A DNA stretch of 64,000 nucleotides, taken from the NCBI GenBank assembly GCA_963740315.1, contig CAVUDP010000001.1:352001-416000 (forward strand), written 5' to 3'. Source of the DNA: an uncultured cyanobacterium (GTDB lineage Bacteria; Cyanobacteriota; Cyanobacteriia; Cyanobacteriales; Nostocaceae). Positions 19,869-30,429 of the stretch are shown here, piece by piece. Position 1 is the first letter of the stretch. The number at the start of each line of letters is the position of its first letter. Both the position numbers and the translations under genes were made by a program. The notes below the pieces were generated by a model. It saw nothing but the letters and a program-made list of their open reading frames with translations. It ran no database searches and had not been told where the DNA came from.

Positions 19869-20813
19869 TCATGCAACATTTCTGCTTTTTTGAACCAATG
19901 TCAACAAAACTTTGGATGTAAAGGGGGAATCGTGGCATAGTATTTTGATTAAATAGAGAATTTGGTGAAATTGCTGCATTTGTCCGCGATCGCGAAAGTA
20001 TTCAGCAGCTTGAAGAAAATCTTCCCTCCATTCCTGTTGCTTACCATTTTTGTAAAGAGCGAAACCTCTACCAATGTAGGCTGCACCTTGATTGCGGTTA
20101 AGTCGAATTGATTCGCTAAAGTCAGTAATCGCGTGCCTATATTTTTTTAACTCGCGAAAAGCATAACCGCGATTGCAGTAAAAACTTGCATCTTCGACAT
20201 CTGTTGAAATTGCTTGAGAAAAATCTTTAATAGCCAAGTCAAAGTCTTTTAATTGCAGATACGTTATGCCTCTATCGTTGAGTATTGCTGCAATATAATG
20301 AGTCTCTTTCACAGGTGTCAGTTCCAATGCTTTTTTATAATCGGCGATCGCTTCTTGATAGCTTTTTTCGTCAAAATGGGCTAAGCCGCGATCGTAGTAG
20401 GCTCGGAAGTCAGAAGGAAAAATCGCCAGAAAATAATTAAAATCGGCGATCGCAGCTGTGGGTAGTTGTAATTTGTAATACGCTAAACCCCGATTTAGAT
20501 AAGCTTCAAAAAATTCTGGGTTTTGTTCGACTGCTGTATTACAATCTGCTATAGCGTGTTGATAATCTGAAGAATGTAGGTAAGCCAAACAGCGATTGTA
20601 ATAAGCCTTTGTATAATCGGCATTAATCTCAATTACTTGAGTAAACTTATCAATAGCTGCGGTATATTCACTACTTTCAAGTTGAGTAATGCCTGATTTA
20701 AACAATTCTAATTCTTTTGAGCTACCCTGGTTTAACGCCAAAGCCTCAGTTTGCAATGAAAAGAGGATTAGTACAACCGCAACCAAACTGAGAAAGATTT
20801 GGTAAAACCGCAT
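19869..20813 (-). CDS. Secreted tetratricopeptide-repeat protein
   Basis: Signal peptide and repeated AY.NRG.A...A..D...A 34-aa units. Confidence 0.92.
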   Translation of the reverse strand: MRFYQIFLSLVAVVLILFSLQTEALALNQGSSKELELFKSGITQLESSEYTAAIDKFTQVIEINADYTKAYYNRCLAYLHSSDYQHAIADCNTAVEQNPEFFEAYLNRGLAYYKLQLPTAAIADFNYFLAIFPSDFRAYYDRGLAHFDEKSYQEAIADYKKALELTPVKETHYIAAILNDRGITYLQLKDFDLAIKDFSQAISTDVEDASFYCNRGYAFRELKKYRHAITDFSESIRLNRNQGAAYIGRGFALYKNGKQQEWREDFLQAAEYFRDRGQMQQFHQILYLIKILCHDSPFTSKVLLTLVQKSRNVA

Positions 20814-20960
20814 GAGTATTAATAAAAATATAATGGATTGGGAGAAGACTAATACATAATTAGTGGTTAATAGTTATTTTTCCGTATAGATAACTACGGT
20901 AAAAAAAATACTAACCACTAAATATAAGCTCTTATTATTCTAGATTTTCCCTTCCTACTT

Positions 20961-21449
20961 TTACCAACCTTTATCAGCCTGAGCTAAAACATATTCTGCA
21001 AGCTGTTCAATTTGTTCGGAAGATAAGCGGTTTCCGAAAGCAGGCATTGCATTTTTACCATTAACTACTTGGTAAACAATTGCATCTTTAGAATACATAT
21101 CGTACTTTTCAAGAACATCTTTTTTCAATGTTTTCTGTGCATTAACCAGGTTTCCTCCACCTACATGACAAGCCGCACAATTTTGTTTAAACAACTTAGC
21201 ACCTTCTTCATAAGAAGCAGCTATAGCCACAGGTTTAACTACATTTGCAGCTACTACAGGTTCAACTACCGATTCAATTGCAGCCTCAACAGGTTTTACA
21301 ACTGTCTTAGTTTTCTCAACAACTGTTACTTCCATAGGAGCAACTTGTTCGACATTAGGAGCAACTGTTGCTTGAGTTTCCTCGCCACAAGCATAGGTGA
21401 AAAACAATAAAGGTATCACCAGAAATACAATAGATAGTATTTTTTTCAT
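20961..21449 (-). CDS. petJ: Cytochrome c6-like protein with an extended N-terminal linker
   Basis: [13 protein letters not shown] (CxxCH), [14 protein letters not shown]-terminal KGW. Confidence 0.85.
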   Translation of the reverse strand: MKKILSIVFLVIPLLFFTYACGEETQATVAPNVEQVAPMEVTVVEKTKTVVKPVEAAIESVVEPVVAANVVKPVAIAASYEEGAKLFKQNCAACHVGGGNLVNAQKTLKKDVLEKYDMYSKDAIVYQVVNGKNAMPAFGNRLSSEQIEQLAEYVLAQADKGW

Positions 21450-21697
21450 AGGTATTTTTCCCTTAATTAACCGGGAGCATTATTTACGATTTGCACGCTT
21501 AAGCTTATCGTTAAACATACTGGTTATTAAATGATAGGAATATACAAATACGAAAAAAGTCTGCATATTAAAGGTTATTAATTAAAAGTTAGGAATTAGT
21601 AATTAAGAATTAGGAATTAAGAATTAGGAATTAGAACCACCGGAGTTAGGAATTCTCTACCCCCTCTACCCCCATCTCCCCCTCTATTGAAATCTGC

Positions 21698-21726
21698 TTG
21701 ACAAACATACTCATAACGACTACGCT
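21698..21726 (+). promoter_or_regulatory. Sigma70-type promoter of the peroxiredoxin gene
   Basis: TTGACA-N17-TACGCT, ~30 nt before the ATG at 21759. Confidence 0.6.
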
Positions 21727-21758
21727 TAATAGTTGTATTTATCGTCATAGTTTTATTT

Positions 21759-22493
21759 ATGTTGCCTAACAAAGAAGGACAAAAAGTACCTAACGTCAAA
21801 TTTCGGGTTCGCGAGAATAATGATTGGAAGGATATCACTACAGATGACTTATTCAAAGGTAAAACTGTAGCTGTCTTTTCTTTACCTGGAGCGTTTACCC
21901 CGACTTGTTCTTCAACGCACTTACCAGGATATAACGAACTTGCCCCCGCTTTTAAACAAAATGGCGTGGACGATATTATTTGTATTTCGGTAAACGATTC
22001 CTTCGTAATGAACGAATGGGCAAAAAATCAAGAAGCGGAGAATGTAACATTAATTCCCGACGGGAACGGTGAATTTTCGGAAGGAATGGGAATGCTAGTT
22101 GATAAAACCGATTTAGGTTTTGGTAAGCGTTCCTGGCGCTATTCCATGCTTGTGAAGGATGGCGTAATTGACAAAATGTTTATCGAGCCAGAGGAACCAG
22201 GGGACCCCTTCAAGGTATCCGATGCAGAGACAATGCTTAAGTATATTAATCCCGACGCTGCAAAACCCAAAAGCCTTTTCATGTTTTCTAAAGAAGGTTG
22301 TCCTTTCTGCGCTCGTGCTAAAGAAATACTCAAACAACAAGGTTTAAATTACGAAGAAATTACCTTAAACAAAGATTTCACCACTCGTGGTTTAAGAGCA
22401 GCTACAGGTTCAACCACAGTTCCTCAATTGTTTATCGATGGTAAATTAATCGGGAATTCCGAAGCGATCGCCGCACACTTTGGCGCTAAGTAA
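21759..22493 (+). CDS. Hybrid peroxiredoxin (Prx5)-glutaredoxin
   Basis: [17 protein letters not shown]-terminal CPFC...TVPQLFIDG. Confidence 0.94.
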   Translation: MLPNKEGQKVPNVKFRVRENNDWKDITTDDLFKGKTVAVFSLPGAFTPTCSSTHLPGYNELAPAFKQNGVDDIICISVNDSFVMNEWAKNQEAENVTLIPDGNGEFSEGMGMLVDKTDLGFGKRSWRYSMLVKDGVIDKMFIEPEEPGDPFKVSDAETMLKYINPDAAKPKSLFMFSKEGCPFCARAKEILKQQGLNYEEITLNKDFTTRGLRAATGSTTVPQLFIDGKLIGNSEAIAAHFGAK

Positions 22494-22833
22494 ACGTTTC
22501 CACATCTAACTTTCTTTGTATCTTAGTATCTTCGTGGTTCATTAAGCTTGATTTTTGAACTACGAAGACAATAAAAACCGAAGATAATAGACTATAAACC
22601 GTGTATTTTCAAGCTTAGTTAGCTATTTGAACGGTTAAATGGTGAATCGATGGCATTAATTACAAATAAGGCTCTGTTCTATGCCCGATGCCCAATAATG
22701 AATACCCTATGCCTATGTTTATCTAATCTTAATTTTTTCTTAATTAAATTAAAAATATGTATTTAAGCACATTTAGTTTTTTCACATATGTGTTAGATAG
22801 ATGATAGCAAGTGGAAAATATTAACAAAAATTG

Positions 22834-23169
22834 ATGCTTGATATTAACACAATCACAGAGTTTTCTCGCAACCACTGTGTAACTATTTGTGCCTTCCTAG
22901 TTCCAGCGAATTTAATTCCTACATTATCAACAATGGTTCTGGCTGCACTTCATCGTCCATTGTCTCAAGTTTGCCAATCGGCAGCGGTTGCGGCTTTTTT
23001 TGCAGTAGTGATGATCCTGCACGTTTACACCTGGTTTACGATCAACGTCGTACAGCTTCCTACTTATATTTTGTTGTGGTTAGCCATTACCTGCTTATGT
23101 ACCAATTTAGGGGCAATTATATTTCAAAGGCGTTACGTTCGGACTTATTACTTTATTGAGAATAGGTAA
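22834..23169 (+). CDS. Conserved cyanobacterial hypothetical membrane protein
   Basis: EFSRNHCVTICAFLVPANL...LHVYTWF..V; three hydrophobic segments. Confidence 0.75.
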   Translation: MLDINTITEFSRNHCVTICAFLVPANLIPTLSTMVLAALHRPLSQVCQSAAVAAFFAVVMILHVYTWFTINVVQLPTYILLWLAITCLCTNLGAIIFQRRYVRTYYFIENR

Positions 23170-23214
23170 TTGGGAATAGGGCATTGGGCATAGGAAGATG
23201 TGAGAGGGGGGAGA

Positions 23215-23420
23215 TGGGGTTCGGGGGAGTACTTCGACAAGTCTTACAGTGAGCTACGTCGAACTGCTCAGTAACCTTTGGGGTTCGGGGGAGTACTTCG
23301 ACAAGTCTTACAGTGAGCTACGTCGAACTGCTCAGTAACCTTTGGGGTTCGGGGGAGTACTTCGACAAGTCTTACAGTGAGCTACGTCGAACTGCTCAGT
23401 AACCTTTGGGGTTCGGGGGA
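23215..23420. repeat. Perfect 64-bp tandem repeat (3 copies plus 14 bp)
   Basis: Units start at 23215, 23279, 23343 and 23407; identical, with no variable spacers. Confidence 0.92.
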
Positions 23421-23498
23421 CAAGGAGCTAAATAATTAACTACTCACTACTCACTACTCACTACTCACTACTAACTCAATACTCAATACTCAATACCT

Positions 23499-24866
23499 TT
23501 AACCTTTATTTATATTGCACAAATCGTCGCGTAATTGAGCTACGACTTTATCGAGTCCGACTGAATGCGCTGCTTTGAATAAAATGCGATCGCCGTCTTG
23601 GAGGTACTGTTTTAAGCCGGTTGTTAGTTCGTTGTGGGTGGCATAACATTCGATGGGAATGCCTTTGGCGCTTTTGGCTATGGCTTGTGCGTCTTCACAG
23701 TTAACTAATACCATCAAGGCATCTAAGTTGAGGGAGCGTACTGTTTCTCCAACGAGTTGATGCAGTTTTTCGGATTTGTCTCCGAGTTCTTTCATCGCAC
23801 CTAGTACCGCAATACGTCGCTTGCCTGGGGTTTCGGCTAATAAGTTCAACGCTGCTACCATTGCTTCTGGTGCTGCATTATAAGTTTCATCTAAGATTAC
23901 CACGTCGTTGAGCAAGGTAAATTGCACGGAACGTCCTTCTGGCATATCTACTACGACACCATTTTTAAAGCAATTCCAGTCGATACCCAAAACTTGCGCG
24001 ACTGCTAAAGCTGCCATGTAGTTAGCAGCAATGTGTCTTCCCGGCATCGGTAAGGGTAAGCGTAAACCCGCGATTTCTAAAGTATAGTTATCAATCAATT
24101 TGCCGTGGATATCACCGCCAGTAAACCCGAAGGCGATCGCTTTACCTTGCCAAACTTTCGCTGCCATTTCCATCAATAGAGGATTATCGTAGTTGAGGAT
24201 TGCTATCCCATCCGGAGGCATTTCTGCTAATAGTTCGCATTTTGCTTGGGCTATGGCTGATTCAGAACCGAGTAGCTCGATATGCGCGGTTCCTACATTA
24301 GTAATTACGGCAATTGTTGGACGGGCTATCTGTGTAAGTTCGGCAATTTGTCCCAACCCCCGCATCGCCATTTCGATGACGGCGTAATCATGTTCCGCTT
24401 CCAATTCTAAAAGAGTTTTTGGTACCCCGATTTCATTGTTGAAATTGGCATAAGTTTTGTGAACTCTTCCTTGAGTACTTAAAACCCCGGCAATTAACTC
24501 TTTAGTTGTGGTTTTACCAACCGAACCCGTAACCCCAATTATCGGTATTGAAAATTGATTGCGCCACCATTGACCAATTTTTTGATAAGCTTCGAGGGTA
24601 TTTGTTACTTGCAATACCGGAAATTGCGGATTCTTGTATTCAAAATCAACAATTGCTACACTAGCACCTTTGGCGATCGCTGTAGCCACAAACTTATGTC
24701 CATCATACTTTTCACCGCGAAAAGCGACAAATACTTCTCCAGGCTTAATAATCCTACTGTCTGTTTGTATACCAACAAATGATTGTGCAAGTGCTGTTTC
24801 TGAGAGATTTACACAAGTAGCACCAAGCAATTCAACTAACTGTTTGAGAGTGGCAGAACAAGGCAT
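23499..24866 (-). CDS. murF: UDP-N-acetylmuramoyl-tripeptide--D-alanyl-D-alanine ligase
   Basis: TDSR, GVTGSVGKTTTKE, NNEIGVP, DETYNA motifs. Confidence 0.96.
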   Translation of the reverse strand: MPCSATLKQLVELLGATCVNLSETALAQSFVGIQTDSRIIKPGEVFVAFRGEKYDGHKFVATAIAKGASVAIVDFEYKNPQFPVLQVTNTLEAYQKIGQWWRNQFSIPIIGVTGSVGKTTTKELIAGVLSTQGRVHKTYANFNNEIGVPKTLLELEAEHDYAVIEMAMRGLGQIAELTQIARPTIAVITNVGTAHIELLGSESAIAQAKCELLAEMPPDGIAILNYDNPLLMEMAAKVWQGKAIAFGFTGGDIHGKLIDNYTLEIAGLRLPLPMPGRHIAANYMAALAVAQVLGIDWNCFKNGVVVDMPEGRSVQFTLLNDVVILDETYNAAPEAMVAALNLLAETPGKRRIAVLGAMKELGDKSEKLHQLVGETVRSLNLDALMVLVNCEDAQAIAKSAKGIPIECYATHNELTTGLKQYLQDGDRILFKAAHSVGLDKVVAQLRDDLCNINKG

Positions 24867-25251
24867 AATACCTTCCGGTTTGGGATTACGAAAGTAAATT
24901 TATTAACAAAGAATCATCGAACCGTTCGCAAGTAATACTCGCAAACAAAAGTCCTCTAATCCTATAGTTCTTTTAGGGAAAATATAAAGTACCAGATTTA
25001 ACATTTTTACATATAGTTGTTGTATTCGTTAAAAATCGTCTCCAGCAAAATGTACCATCACAAGTTGATACTCATGATGGCACATTCAAAAATGGTTATT
25101 CAATTGGATTTATCAAGTTTTGGATTGGCAAGCAATAGTCAAGTCAGGAATACAAGCCTCGCGACTGAGATCGCAAATTTTCACTTCCATACATTGCTTC
25201 TACTAACCCACTTGTTAATAAAAATATTAAATTTTAACTATCTTGTAGCTA

Positions 25252-25695
25252 CTATCCCCGATTTTTAATAAACATCACTTCGATGATTTTTCGACCTATA
25301 TCGCCCTGAATACCCAAAGCTTGATACAACTCGCTTAAAAAGTCTTGCTCTTCGGCGAGGATGCCATCAGTCAAAACCAAGTCTGTAGCTACTGCAAAAG
25401 CTGCTTCTCTTAATTCTTCACTCATAGAATCTTTTGCAGAATCAAATAAATTATTTACACCTTCGTGTCGAATAATACCTGAGAGTATATCGAGCATCGA
25501 TTGCATTTCATCCTCGGAGTAGCTGTTAAACAGCTTTAAATGAGATAGCGCAAAAGAAATATTACGCGCTTGGTTCTGTGAAAGATTACCATCTGAAGCA
25601 ATTGAAATCAAAGCGATCGCAGTCAAAGCTTCTGCTGGACTGAGTGCATTTTGTACTCTGCTTTGAGAACCGGATGCCCTATCAAATAGACTCAT
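25252..25695 (-). CDS. TerB-family (tellurite resistance) protein
   Basis: LSPAEA..AIAL..IASDG...LREAAFAVATDLVLTDG...KNRG. Confidence 0.85.
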   Translation of the reverse strand: MSLFDRASGSQSRVQNALSPAEALTAIALISIASDGNLSQNQARNISFALSHLKLFNSYSEDEMQSMLDILSGIIRHEGVNNLFDSAKDSMSEELREAAFAVATDLVLTDGILAEEQDFLSELYQALGIQGDIGRKIIEVMFIKNRG

Positions 25696-26526
25696 TACAA
25701 CTTATTCCTTAAATAGGGTCTTTGTGATAGTGTATCTACTTAGATAATTTAAAAGTAAGTAAACAATACCACCAAGACTGGATAAGTATAGTGTTCCCAA
25801 GATTAGCTCTAAGCGAACACTTGCACCCAGCTTTTTTGACAGAAAATTATTCTTTTTGCGTAGTTTTATGGAAAATCCTTTTAATACGGATGGCGGAGGT
25901 CATTTTTTTCAAATGTTTCGACTACCGCTAAACCAATTCCAGATATAGTAAGTAGCAACATTACTGAGGCTAGGAAGGCTTTTACAAGGATATATAGAGC
26001 TTCATCGAAGAAAATGTAGGTGGTCATGGCTTACATATTTGAACTAAAAGAGTAACTAGTGCTATTGAATTCTCCAACCTTTAGCGTTCTATTTCCACTG
26101 AGAAAACACTAGTATTTGTATCTTAACAAAACTTTAGCTTTGTTCTGGTACCGTTATAACATTTTGTTTTTAAAGATTAGATGAGTTTTTATGAAAATAT
26201 TAATTAACTTTGTTCGATAAAAATTTGATTGCTTAATAATATTGCGATTATTTTCTATTAAGTATGGAAAATTTTAGTAATAAAGATTACATTGTCATCC
26301 TATTCTTTGATTTTTAGTTTTATATTTAGTTTAAGCTTATTAAACGCTGTATTCCATATATAGCGAGGTTTTGAGGCTTACTATTTTATTGGAAATCAAT
26401 TAATATTGCCCGCCGCAGTGATTTATTTATGTCTATATTTATATTACAAATTAACTGACAAACAAACTTATAAATCAATTTACAAATTAATTCACAAATA
26501 ACTATATATTCTTGGAGTGAAAAAAA

Positions 26527-27108
26527 ATGAAGTTAGCCAAAGACTTAATTAGTTTAATATTTCGAGAAAAAGTGCAACCGAACCATATTTTATTAAATAT
26601 AGAAATAATTAGCGATTGCCTTTTACTAAAATCGATATCGTTAGCGTATAAAAAACAGATTTTTGAGACATTTACTGAGGATATTACAACTTATATGTAT
26701 CCTAAAGCAGCCAAGAATATTGCCCAAACAGCATCATTTATCAAAAGCTCTCTAGAAGGGATGAAAAACGAACATGAATTAATAATGGTAATTTTGAAAA
26801 AAGATACCCAAGAATTTTTAGGCTGTACTGGAATACATCGCATCAACAGCGAACACCCAGAATTTGGTATTTGGCTGAAAAAAACAGCCCACGGTAACGG
26901 TTATGGCTTAGAAACAATCGTCGCGATCAAAAACTGGTGCGAAGAAAACTTAGATTGCGAATATTTTACTTACCCAGTAGATGAAGAGAATTATCCCAGC
27001 CGCAGAATACCAGAAAAACTGGGTGGAGAAATTATCAGAACTTATCAAAAGAGAAACTTAAGCGGTAGAATTTTAAATCTAGTTGAATACAGAATCCCGA
27101 AAGGTTGA
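26527..27108 (+). CDS. GNAT (RimJ/RimL-like) N-acetyltransferase
   Basis: FLGCTG...EFGIWLKK.AHGNGYG.E...N.PSRRIPEKLG. Confidence 0.88.
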   Translation: MKLAKDLISLIFREKVQPNHILLNIEIISDCLLLKSISLAYKKQIFETFTEDITTYMYPKAAKNIAQTASFIKSSLEGMKNEHELIMVILKKDTQEFLGCTGIHRINSEHPEFGIWLKKTAHGNGYGLETIVAIKNWCEENLDCEYFTYPVDEENYPSRRIPEKLGGEIIRTYQKRNLSGRILNLVEYRIPKG

Positions 27109-27306
27109 AAAAGGTCAAAGGTCTGCATGTTAAAGGTCAAAGGTTAAACTCATAACTTATTCTCCCCATCCCCTTGTCTCCCCATCTCCCCATCCCCCCA
27201 TCTCCCCATCCCCCTTGTCCCCTCATCTCCCCATTTCCTTGTCCCCAATTACCATTCACGCGGCTAGCGAAGCGTACCGTAGGTATTGCGTGCGGGCGTA
27301 TACCAA

Positions 27307-27672
27307 TTACCTAAGAGCCCATAGAAAACATATTAATAGCAAGCCAAATATCATTAATAAACCTTGGTTGCGTCTTATCCAACTACTAATACTTGCATTC
27401 AAGCTGGGTTTCTGATTTTTCTGCTGTAATTCTAAATTGCGTTTTTCTTCATTTTGATAAAGAGTACATTCTTTAGCGTAGGGACGTTTGGGATAATTAC
27501 AAGTATCGTCAGCATGGTAGGTACAGGTGTCACAAAGATATTCATCTCCCGCAGCGCGATGTAAAGGTATACCGGGATGTCCGTAAGCCTTAAGCTGGGT
27601 ACGACAAAAAGGGCAGGTAAGTGCCTGTGAGTTTATGGTTTGTTTGCAGCGAGGGCAAGTTGCAGTGTCCAC
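27307..27672 (-). CDS. Zinc-ribbon membrane-anchored hypothetical protein
   Basis: CPRC, CPFC, CDTC, further Cys residues and a C-terminal TM. Confidence 0.8.
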   Translation of the reverse strand: MDTATCPRCKQTINSQALTCPFCRTQLKAYGHPGIPLHRAAGDEYLCDTCTYHADDTCNYPKRPYAKECTLYQNEEKRNLELQQKNQKPSLNASISSWIRRNQGLLMIFGLLLICFLWALR

Positions 27673-27885
27673 AGCCGATACTAAATTTAGTGTTTGAACA
27701 TCTTGATTTTAACTGAAAGCTGAGAAGGGTTAAGGGTTAAGAGTTAAGAGTTAGGAGTTAGGAGTTAGGAGTTAGGAGTTAAGAAAGCGGAGGAAGCGGA
27801 GGAAGCGGAGGAAGCGGAGGGAGAAAATAAATAAATCAATAATTAGCAAGTAAAAAAATTAATTGCTTCCCCTGCCTCCTCCGCC

Positions 27886-28725
27886 TCAAGAGCCTCCCCT
27901 GCTCTCCCCATCCCCCCATCCCCCCATCCCCCCATTTTTCTCTCGAATCTCCGCCCTCAATGCTTTAATTTCTTCGTGTAAGGCAATAATGGATTTAGAA
28001 CTGGCTACTGATGCTTCTTCGTCTTCCGCGTCTCTACCTATGAAAAATGTGGCTATTGCTGCTGTAAAGTAGCCGAATACGGTGAAGGCATAGAGAGCTA
28101 AGATAAAGCATAATACTCTACCCTGGGCGGTTTGCGGGGAGTAGTCGCCTCCGTAAGTTATCATCAACATTGCCGTCCACCATAGGGCATTGCTGTAACT
28201 TTTAATTCCTCCGTCGGGAAGATCGCTTTCAAATGCATACATTCCCGCTGCACCGACGAAAGTCACAATTAAAGTTAGTCCTAAAACATAACCAAAGTTG
28301 CGCCGATTCATGGTAATTCTTAAAGCTCGCATTCCGCGATTCAGGGAGCCGACTATCCGCAATAAACGCAAGGAACGTGTAGCACGAGCAACTCTTGCTA
28401 AACGTAAGACTCGCACAAATCGAAAAACTCGTAATGCTGGAACCAGCAGGGAAATACCTATAAGCCAGTTATTTTTTAGATAATTAAGCTTGCGGGGAGA
28501 TATGCTAAATCGTAATATAAAATCGAAAATAAATATAATCCAGATAGTTGTCGAAATAGCATCGAGTAAGGGAATCATCCCCCAAATTAATTCGACGACT
28601 AATAGCGCCAGCCATACGAAGCCCAGCACTACCATCGGCATTTCTAACCAGTCATCGAGTTGTTGAACAAAATCGGTTAATTCTCTTTCTAACTCAAATT
28701 TTTCTGTTGGATTCATTTGTGACAT
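27886..28725 (-). CDS. 6-TM ion channel/transporter family protein (K+-channel-like)
   Basis: Arg-rich S4 (LRVFRFVRVLRLAR), ALWWT pore helix, P.T..GR; start taken at ATG 28725. Confidence 0.85.
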   Translation of the reverse strand: MSQMNPTEKFELERELTDFVQQLDDWLEMPMVVLGFVWLALLVVELIWGMIPLLDAISTTIWIIFIFDFILRFSISPRKLNYLKNNWLIGISLLVPALRVFRFVRVLRLARVARATRSLRLLRIVGSLNRGMRALRITMNRRNFGYVLGLTLIVTFVGAAGMYAFESDLPDGGIKSYSNALWWTAMLMITYGGDYSPQTAQGRVLCFILALYAFTVFGYFTAAIATFFIGRDAEDEEASVASSKSIIALHEEIKALRAEIREKNGGMGGWGDGESRGGS

Positions 28726-28863
28726 AAATCGACGCTGTAAATAAAGTGACAATTCTTCCTCAAGGAAGCGATATAAACACCTTTGGGAAGATGCCTTTAG
28801 ATAGATATTTTTAGTATGAATGAGTGATAATAAAAGTCACATCCCGCCACAAGGAGAATTTTG

Positions 28864-29799
28864 ATGAGTTTAAAGCAGATTTGGAGGTTATTAAAAGAAA
28901 CTTTTAAAGAATGGAATGATGATAACGCTTCTCGATTGGCTGCTGCTTTGTCGTATTACACGATTTTTTCTTTAGCGCCTTTATTGATTATTGCGATCGC
29001 GATCGCGGGTGCTGTATTTGGAGATGAAGCGGCTAGCGGTGAGATTGTTAAACAAATACAGGGTTTGGTGGGTAAAGCTGGTGCGGAAGTAATTCAAACG
29101 GCGCTGCAAAATGCTCAAAAGCCAGATACGCGCAATTTCGCTTCAATTATCAGTATTGTGGTTTTGTTATTTGGTGCGAGTAACGTTTTTGCTCAAATTC
29201 AAGACGCACTTAACACGATTTGGGAAGTAGAGCCGAAGCCAGGGCGTAGTTTTCTGCTAACGCTTCGCAAACGTTTTGTATCTTTTGCAATGGTAGCGGG
29301 TGTAGGCTTTTTATTATTGGTATCGCTGATTGTCAATACTGCTTTAGAAGCGATGCTTAAATACTTTAACAATTTATTGCCGGGATTTGATTGGTTATGG
29401 CAAGTCGGTAACTTTGCAATTTCTTTTGCAGTTATCACCCTACTGTTTGCCTTTATTTACAAATTTATTCCAGATGCCAAAATTGCTTGGAATGATGTCT
29501 GGATTGGTTCGGCTATGACTTCATTATTATTTGTAATTGGTAAATATCTTCTAGGTTTATATTTAGGAAACAGCAGTTTTGGTTCGGCTTACGGTGCTGC
29601 GGGTTCGTTGATAGTTCTTTTGGCTTGGATTAACTACGCCGCCCAAATTATCTTTTTTGGTGCCGAATTTACCCAAGTTTATGCAAGTAAATATGGTTCT
29701 CGTATTGAACCAGATGAAAACTCAAGGAAAGTACCTGAAGCAGATAGGGCATCTCAAGGAATGAAGCGGAGAAATTCGCGTCGAAAAGAAGGTTCGTAG
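28864..29799 (+). CDS. YihY/virulence factor BrkB family protein (second copy)
   Basis: RLAAALSYYTIFSLAP, QDALNTIW, YGAAGSLIVLLAW, GAEFTQVYA. Confidence 0.92.
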   Translation: MSLKQIWRLLKETFKEWNDDNASRLAAALSYYTIFSLAPLLIIAIAIAGAVFGDEAASGEIVKQIQGLVGKAGAEVIQTALQNAQKPDTRNFASIISIVVLLFGASNVFAQIQDALNTIWEVEPKPGRSFLLTLRKRFVSFAMVAGVGFLLLVSLIVNTALEAMLKYFNNLLPGFDWLWQVGNFAISFAVITLLFAFIYKFIPDAKIAWNDVWIGSAMTSLLFVIGKYLLGLYLGNSSFGSAYGAAGSLIVLLAWINYAAQIIFFGAEFTQVYASKYGSRIEPDENSRKVPEADRASQGMKRRNSRRKEGS

Positions 29800-29809
29800 T
29801 TAGCGAGGA

Positions 29810-30358
29810 TTAACTCAAATAAGGACGAGCTAACATAAAGCTGGAAATCGATTTAGAATCAACTGGCTCGCCTGCTAAAATCGCTTTCTCTAATTCTGCG
29901 GGAGTGAAAAATAAAACTTCTATATCTTCATCATCATCTAATTTTGGCGGTAATTCTAATTTTTCTAAATCCTCTGCCAGATATGCGTAGATAATCTCAT
30001 CGGAATATCCCGGTGCAAGGAAAAATTCTCCCAATTTCTGCCATTTTGCGGCACTATAACCAGTTTCTTCCTGTATTTCCCGTTGAATTGTATCGAAGGG
30101 ACTTTCGTTTTCTTCCACCGTACCTGCGGGAAATTCTAACAACCTTCCAGCAACTGCAAAACGATACTGACGTAAAAGTATTAATTTACCTTCTTCGGTT
30201 ACGGGTATAGCTAAAGCTCCACCGGGATGACGAACGCATTCCCAATCACCTTCCGCTTTATTAGGTAGGCGCAAGCGATTTACTTCAAAGTCAAACTTTC
30301 GCCCTTTATAAAAAAAGCGCTGCTTTAATAATTGCGGTAATTCTCTGCCTTTAGCCAT
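29810..30358 (-). CDS. NUDIX hydrolase (ADP-ribose pyrophosphatase-like)
   Basis: PAGTVE.NE....IQREIQEETG Nudix box. Confidence 0.92.
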   Translation of the reverse strand: MAKGRELPQLLKQRFFYKGRKFDFEVNRLRLPNKAEGDWECVRHPGGALAIPVTEEGKLILLRQYRFAVAGRLLEFPAGTVEENESPFDTIQREIQEETGYSAAKWQKLGEFFLAPGYSDEIIYAYLAEDLEKLELPPKLDDDEDIEVLFFTPAELEKAILAGEPVDSKSISSFMLARPYLS

Positions 30359-30429
30359 ATTTCAAAGTTTTAATTGAAATTTCAATCGTTGATTTTTTAT
30401 CAACTTTGTTGTAACTTATGACGATAAAA

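Noticed and set aside
23215..23420. Possible CRISPR array
   Set aside because: Units are identical over the full 64 bp with no unique spacers, and there are no cas genes in the window.
27215..28072. Pro-rich small ORFs (27215-27415, 27863-28072; likewise 33831-34152 and 21617-21856)
   Set aside because: They are translations of STRR repeats or antisense overlaps with real genes.
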